This document shows positions 60,601 through 64,000 of a DNA stretch of 64,000 nt, piece after piece; positions within the stretch are counted from its first letter, which is position 1; the number at the start of each line of letters is the position of its first letter. The stretch is taken from positions 39,556,001-39,620,000 of the forward strand of contig NC_091284.1 in NCBI RefSeq assembly GCF_032444005.1. The letters are read 5' to 3'. The position numbers and the translations under genes were made by a program. This DNA is from Ranitomeya imitator. Taxonomy: Eukaryota. The notes beneath the pieces were generated by a model. That model was not told the origin of the DNA and ran no database searches. It saw only the letters and a program-made list of their open reading frames with translations.

Positions 60601-63600
60601 CTGGACATATCTGCCCAAAAGTTGGCGTATAGAAGGAAAGTCCATCAGGCAGTGGCCCAGTCCTAAGCCCCAATAATTTGGTATTTTTCCTGATGTGCCG
60701 TCATGAGGGACATCCTGGACAGTAGGAATTAGTCCTGTCGGTAATTGTATTTCCAGGAGTCCATCATGACAGCACCCTTACATTCCCTCCCCTGAATTCC
60801 TTGTACTTATGTGCAGGTAACATTTGTGTGAGAGAACTCGATAAAACTTAAGTTGCATCCATCCTGGTGCGGTGGGCTTTTAACCTCTCATGTGTTTCCT
60901 CTCCTTAAGAACTACCTCCTGGTGTGCGGTCATGATGGACTCCTGGAAATACAATTACCTACTAATTCCTACTTTTACAGTAACTGCAAAATGACTAAAG
61001 TCTAAAATTCATTCATATGATGCAGAAAGATAAAAAAAAAAAAAAGCAGCTTAACATAAACGTGCCAAAAACATGAAATTTCCAATTTTGTCTTTTCATG
61101 CAAAAACAATAACAATAGTAATCATCACTATTTTACCCATTTTTGAGGTCTCTGTTGCTGTCACTGCAGCTTTCAGGCCTTATTCCGGGCACACAGCTTC
61201 TGGGTATATTACAATATAACACCAGGGCCAGTTATTTTGCTCGCAATATAGACAAAAAAAGATACATCCGGTACATTTTAATGTAAAAATCACAATTTTT
61301 ATTTTATTACAAATCCATTAAACGCATGGACAAAAGTTACATCGTATGACAGCAATGCTCGGCGTATATCATGTGGAGCAACTTTTGTCTGTGTTTTTAA
61401 TGCATGGCTAATAAACTTATGATTGTAGGGGTTTTTTTTTTTCTTTTTTTTAGACTAAATGGATTTTCTGTTCTCCTTTTTGCCTATTGCAATGTATCAA
61501 TGGTTATTTGTGCTGATGCGTTTAATTGCATAGACCCCTTTCGAGTGCTCAGCCATGTGTTCTGGTATCTACAATCTCTGATCTTTGTGTAAGTGATGGG
61601 CATACGAGCGAGTGTCAACCCAAAAATGTAACAAAAAAAAAAAAAGACTAAAAACACACGACTCTTAATTACTTCACTAATTGTTTTAATAAACTCTTAT
61701 TTCCCCCTCCCTCCGCACCAAAACATGAAATTCATACATCACAGAAGAGGCGATAAAAAGGTCTGATATGTCTCGGAGTTGCAGTATGGCTGCCTTGGCA
61801 TTTTCCTGAAGATGCCCATGTGTCGTAGTGCATGTGTCTTGGGAGCAGATACCAATAAGTGACAGATGAATGGTTTACGAACCAACAAAAAAAAAACAAA
61901 CAAACTTATGGATCAATCGAAAAGTGCAAATACAGTATTACCCATAACCTGATCTTATTTGACCATCACAGGTAACCACTAGTTTCCTACCCCCAATTTA
62001 AAGAAAAAAATATATATATCTATCTCCTTCCTTCCTAGAACATTTGGCTGCTGGGAACGCCTGGAAAATAGAAACCAAGACAGCAGAACTGTAACTTTTA
62101 ACAGTGAAACGAAATACTTTAATACGGTAAAAGCCTGAAATTGGCAACAAACACATGCTCGATTTACTCGAAATAATTCCCTTAAAACGTGTGACAGGAG
62201 GAGAAACAAAAAAATAAATCAACACTGTTGTCTAATAAATAATCGCTAAAATATTCATGTATGAAATGTAAACTCTGAAGTTTCGGAAACTTTTCCTACA
62301 ATATTTCAAAATACATTTATATTACAGTGGTCTGTAGGAACAACCCATCGACTTAGGGGGTCACCCCTGGCTCTTACCTCGGGAGCCACGGGGAACCCAA
62401 GTCCTGAATTTTTCATGTCGTAGTCTACAGCCTGTGGCCTTTTCAGATGTTGTGAAACTACAACTTCCAATATGGTTTCCGCCAGCGGCAGAACACGGTT
62501 GTAGTTTAACGACGGGCCACGGGACGCAGAGCACCGGCCTCGTGCAATGGGCGGTGGCCGTTCTGGACACATTCGCCACACTACAATATTGGGGCTAAAA
62601 CACGGGCTTGTCATAGTGACATACGTACCATATTAAAACACACGTACCATAGTGATCGTCAATAAATTACAGACTATACGGCAGTATTCAGTAGTTTCAT
62701 CCGTAGGCACTGCCAGGATCAAGTAGTCACTGTGACCAAGAGTCCTCGACAATGGCACCACAACAGGGATAACAAAAAAATAAAATCTAATCCTTCTTTT
62801 ACATAAAGGAATGGCAGAAGATTAGAAAAACTGTTTTTTTTTTATTTTTTTTTTTAGAAACAGCGCCACTTTTATCTATGAGCTATGTCAGGTATTGCAG
62901 CTCGGCCGTAAAGAAGCTGCAATATCAGATGTCGTCCATGGGCAAAGCGAGGCGCTGTTATTGCGAGACGGGTAAAAAAAAAAGAAGCCTTTTCTTTCAA
63001 TTTCTTTATCCTTTTAACACCTTCACAACTGGAAACGTTTCCTGATATTTGTTGCTGACAAGGAGTGCTGGCAGCCATCTTTGTGGACTATCATAGAGTC
63101 CAAGGACCAGGTCAGCCACTTCATCGATGGCCGGCTGCAATTTTTGACTTTTCAAATAGGCCATTTCATCATTAAAAAAGAGAAGAAAATATCACAAAGA
63201 TATTGTTAAAATAGCAATTGTCGCTTTTCTGGAGTGCTCAAAATGGCCACCTCTTTAGTGCGAAGGAGGTCAGCTTCAAGAAAAATAGATAATATCCATA
63301 CAAAAAAAAAACAACGATCAATACAGGGTATTCGGCAGTGGATAAAAGGTAGGGATGGGGCATAGTCAACACTATGCGGGCGAATATTTAGCAGTTCGTA
63401 ATGGATTCGATTGGGAGCCGTGGATTAATAATTACATGTATGGTCCATACTATTATGTGTCGCAAATGGTTTAAAGAACAACGCTACTTTAACAGAGTAA
63501 AATTCTAGGCAGGTGAAAAAGAGGATCTAAAGGGGAAGTTCAGGATTGGAAAACATGGCTGCTTCCTTCCAAACGTTGTACCACATCTATGGATTGTGTG

Positions 63601-64000
63601 TCATATCGCAGCCTGAATAGATTTACTTCTACGCGTGGCCCAAAATCGCCATTATACGCTGCTACATCACAGCATAGTGCAAGTGAAGGGGGGTCACTTT
63701 TGGGATCCGCAAGGTCCCACGAAAAACTACAAAAAAGTCATTTGGATTTTTTCTGACTTATTTGTCGCAGTAAGTTGAGACTCCATTTTGAAGCAATCTT
63801 TGGCCTTAGGACCTGTGTCCCTGTCAAAGTTGCCACGTAGCTCCAGTCAGCCATATTTCACAGACCCTAATGCCCGGACTGTCCGTGGGTGGCTCGACTC
63901 GAACCTCGCCTTATATAAGCCTATCAGGAGATGTGTTCGGATCCTGAGACCCACGGACATTTCGAAGCGTCTAATACGCCAATCTGAACTCAGCCTAAGG

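Larger units (their letters stand above)
55841..60973 (+). mobile_element. DIRS1-like tyrosine-recombinase retrotransposon, internally deleted (no YR)
   Basis: Inverted termini (55841- tttttcagga...cacaccagga vs tcctggtgtgc...tcctggaaat -60950); ICR at ~60688-60776 complementary to both ends; gag, RT, RNase H and MT-like remnants. Confidence 0.85.

Noticed and set aside
61525-61560. Third hammerhead candidate (..GAAAGGGGUC|UAUGC on the minus strand)
   Set aside because: No CUGANGA-like core, no stem I partner, and no plausible stem III.

Overview
Eukaryotic, vertebrate genomic DNA, most likely from a frog (inferred from the spliceosomal gene structures and the Kolobok/T2-MITE, Harbinger-MITE, DIRS, CR1/L2/L1 and Tc1 repeat landscape). 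It is not prokaryotic, and most ORFs in the supplied track are spurious. Three genes are supportable. (1) ATP5PO (OSCP): 7 coding exons, + strand, 46615-54926, 211 aa, with an NRF1/GABP/YY1-type promoter. (2) SMIM11: + strand, coding exons 34809-34829 and 37698-37880, plus a 3'UTR exon. (3) An intact, spliced, polyadenylated 396-aa PIF/Harbinger-transposase-derived gene on the - strand (33780-33467 + 31956-31080). It has altered catalytic motifs, no visible TIRs or Myb partner, and lies head-to-head with SMIM11, so it is a candidate domesticated transposase. The rest is a dense, often nested TE landscape: L1 and a Harbinger MITE inside an L2, L2 inside Tc1, a Kolobok MITE inside Tc1, CR1, a YR-less DIRS with intact termini, solo LTRs, and hAT and palindromic MITEs. 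Other highlights are two minimal type I hammerhead-ribozyme folds inside short inverted-repeat elements (one canonical, one with a variant core), an inverted self-copy inserted in a (TA)n tract in ATP5PO intron 1, and a palindromic MITE placing four NRF1 consensus sites just upstream of ATP5PO. No database searches were run; family names come from motif recognition. No tRNA, rRNA or CRISPR features were seen.
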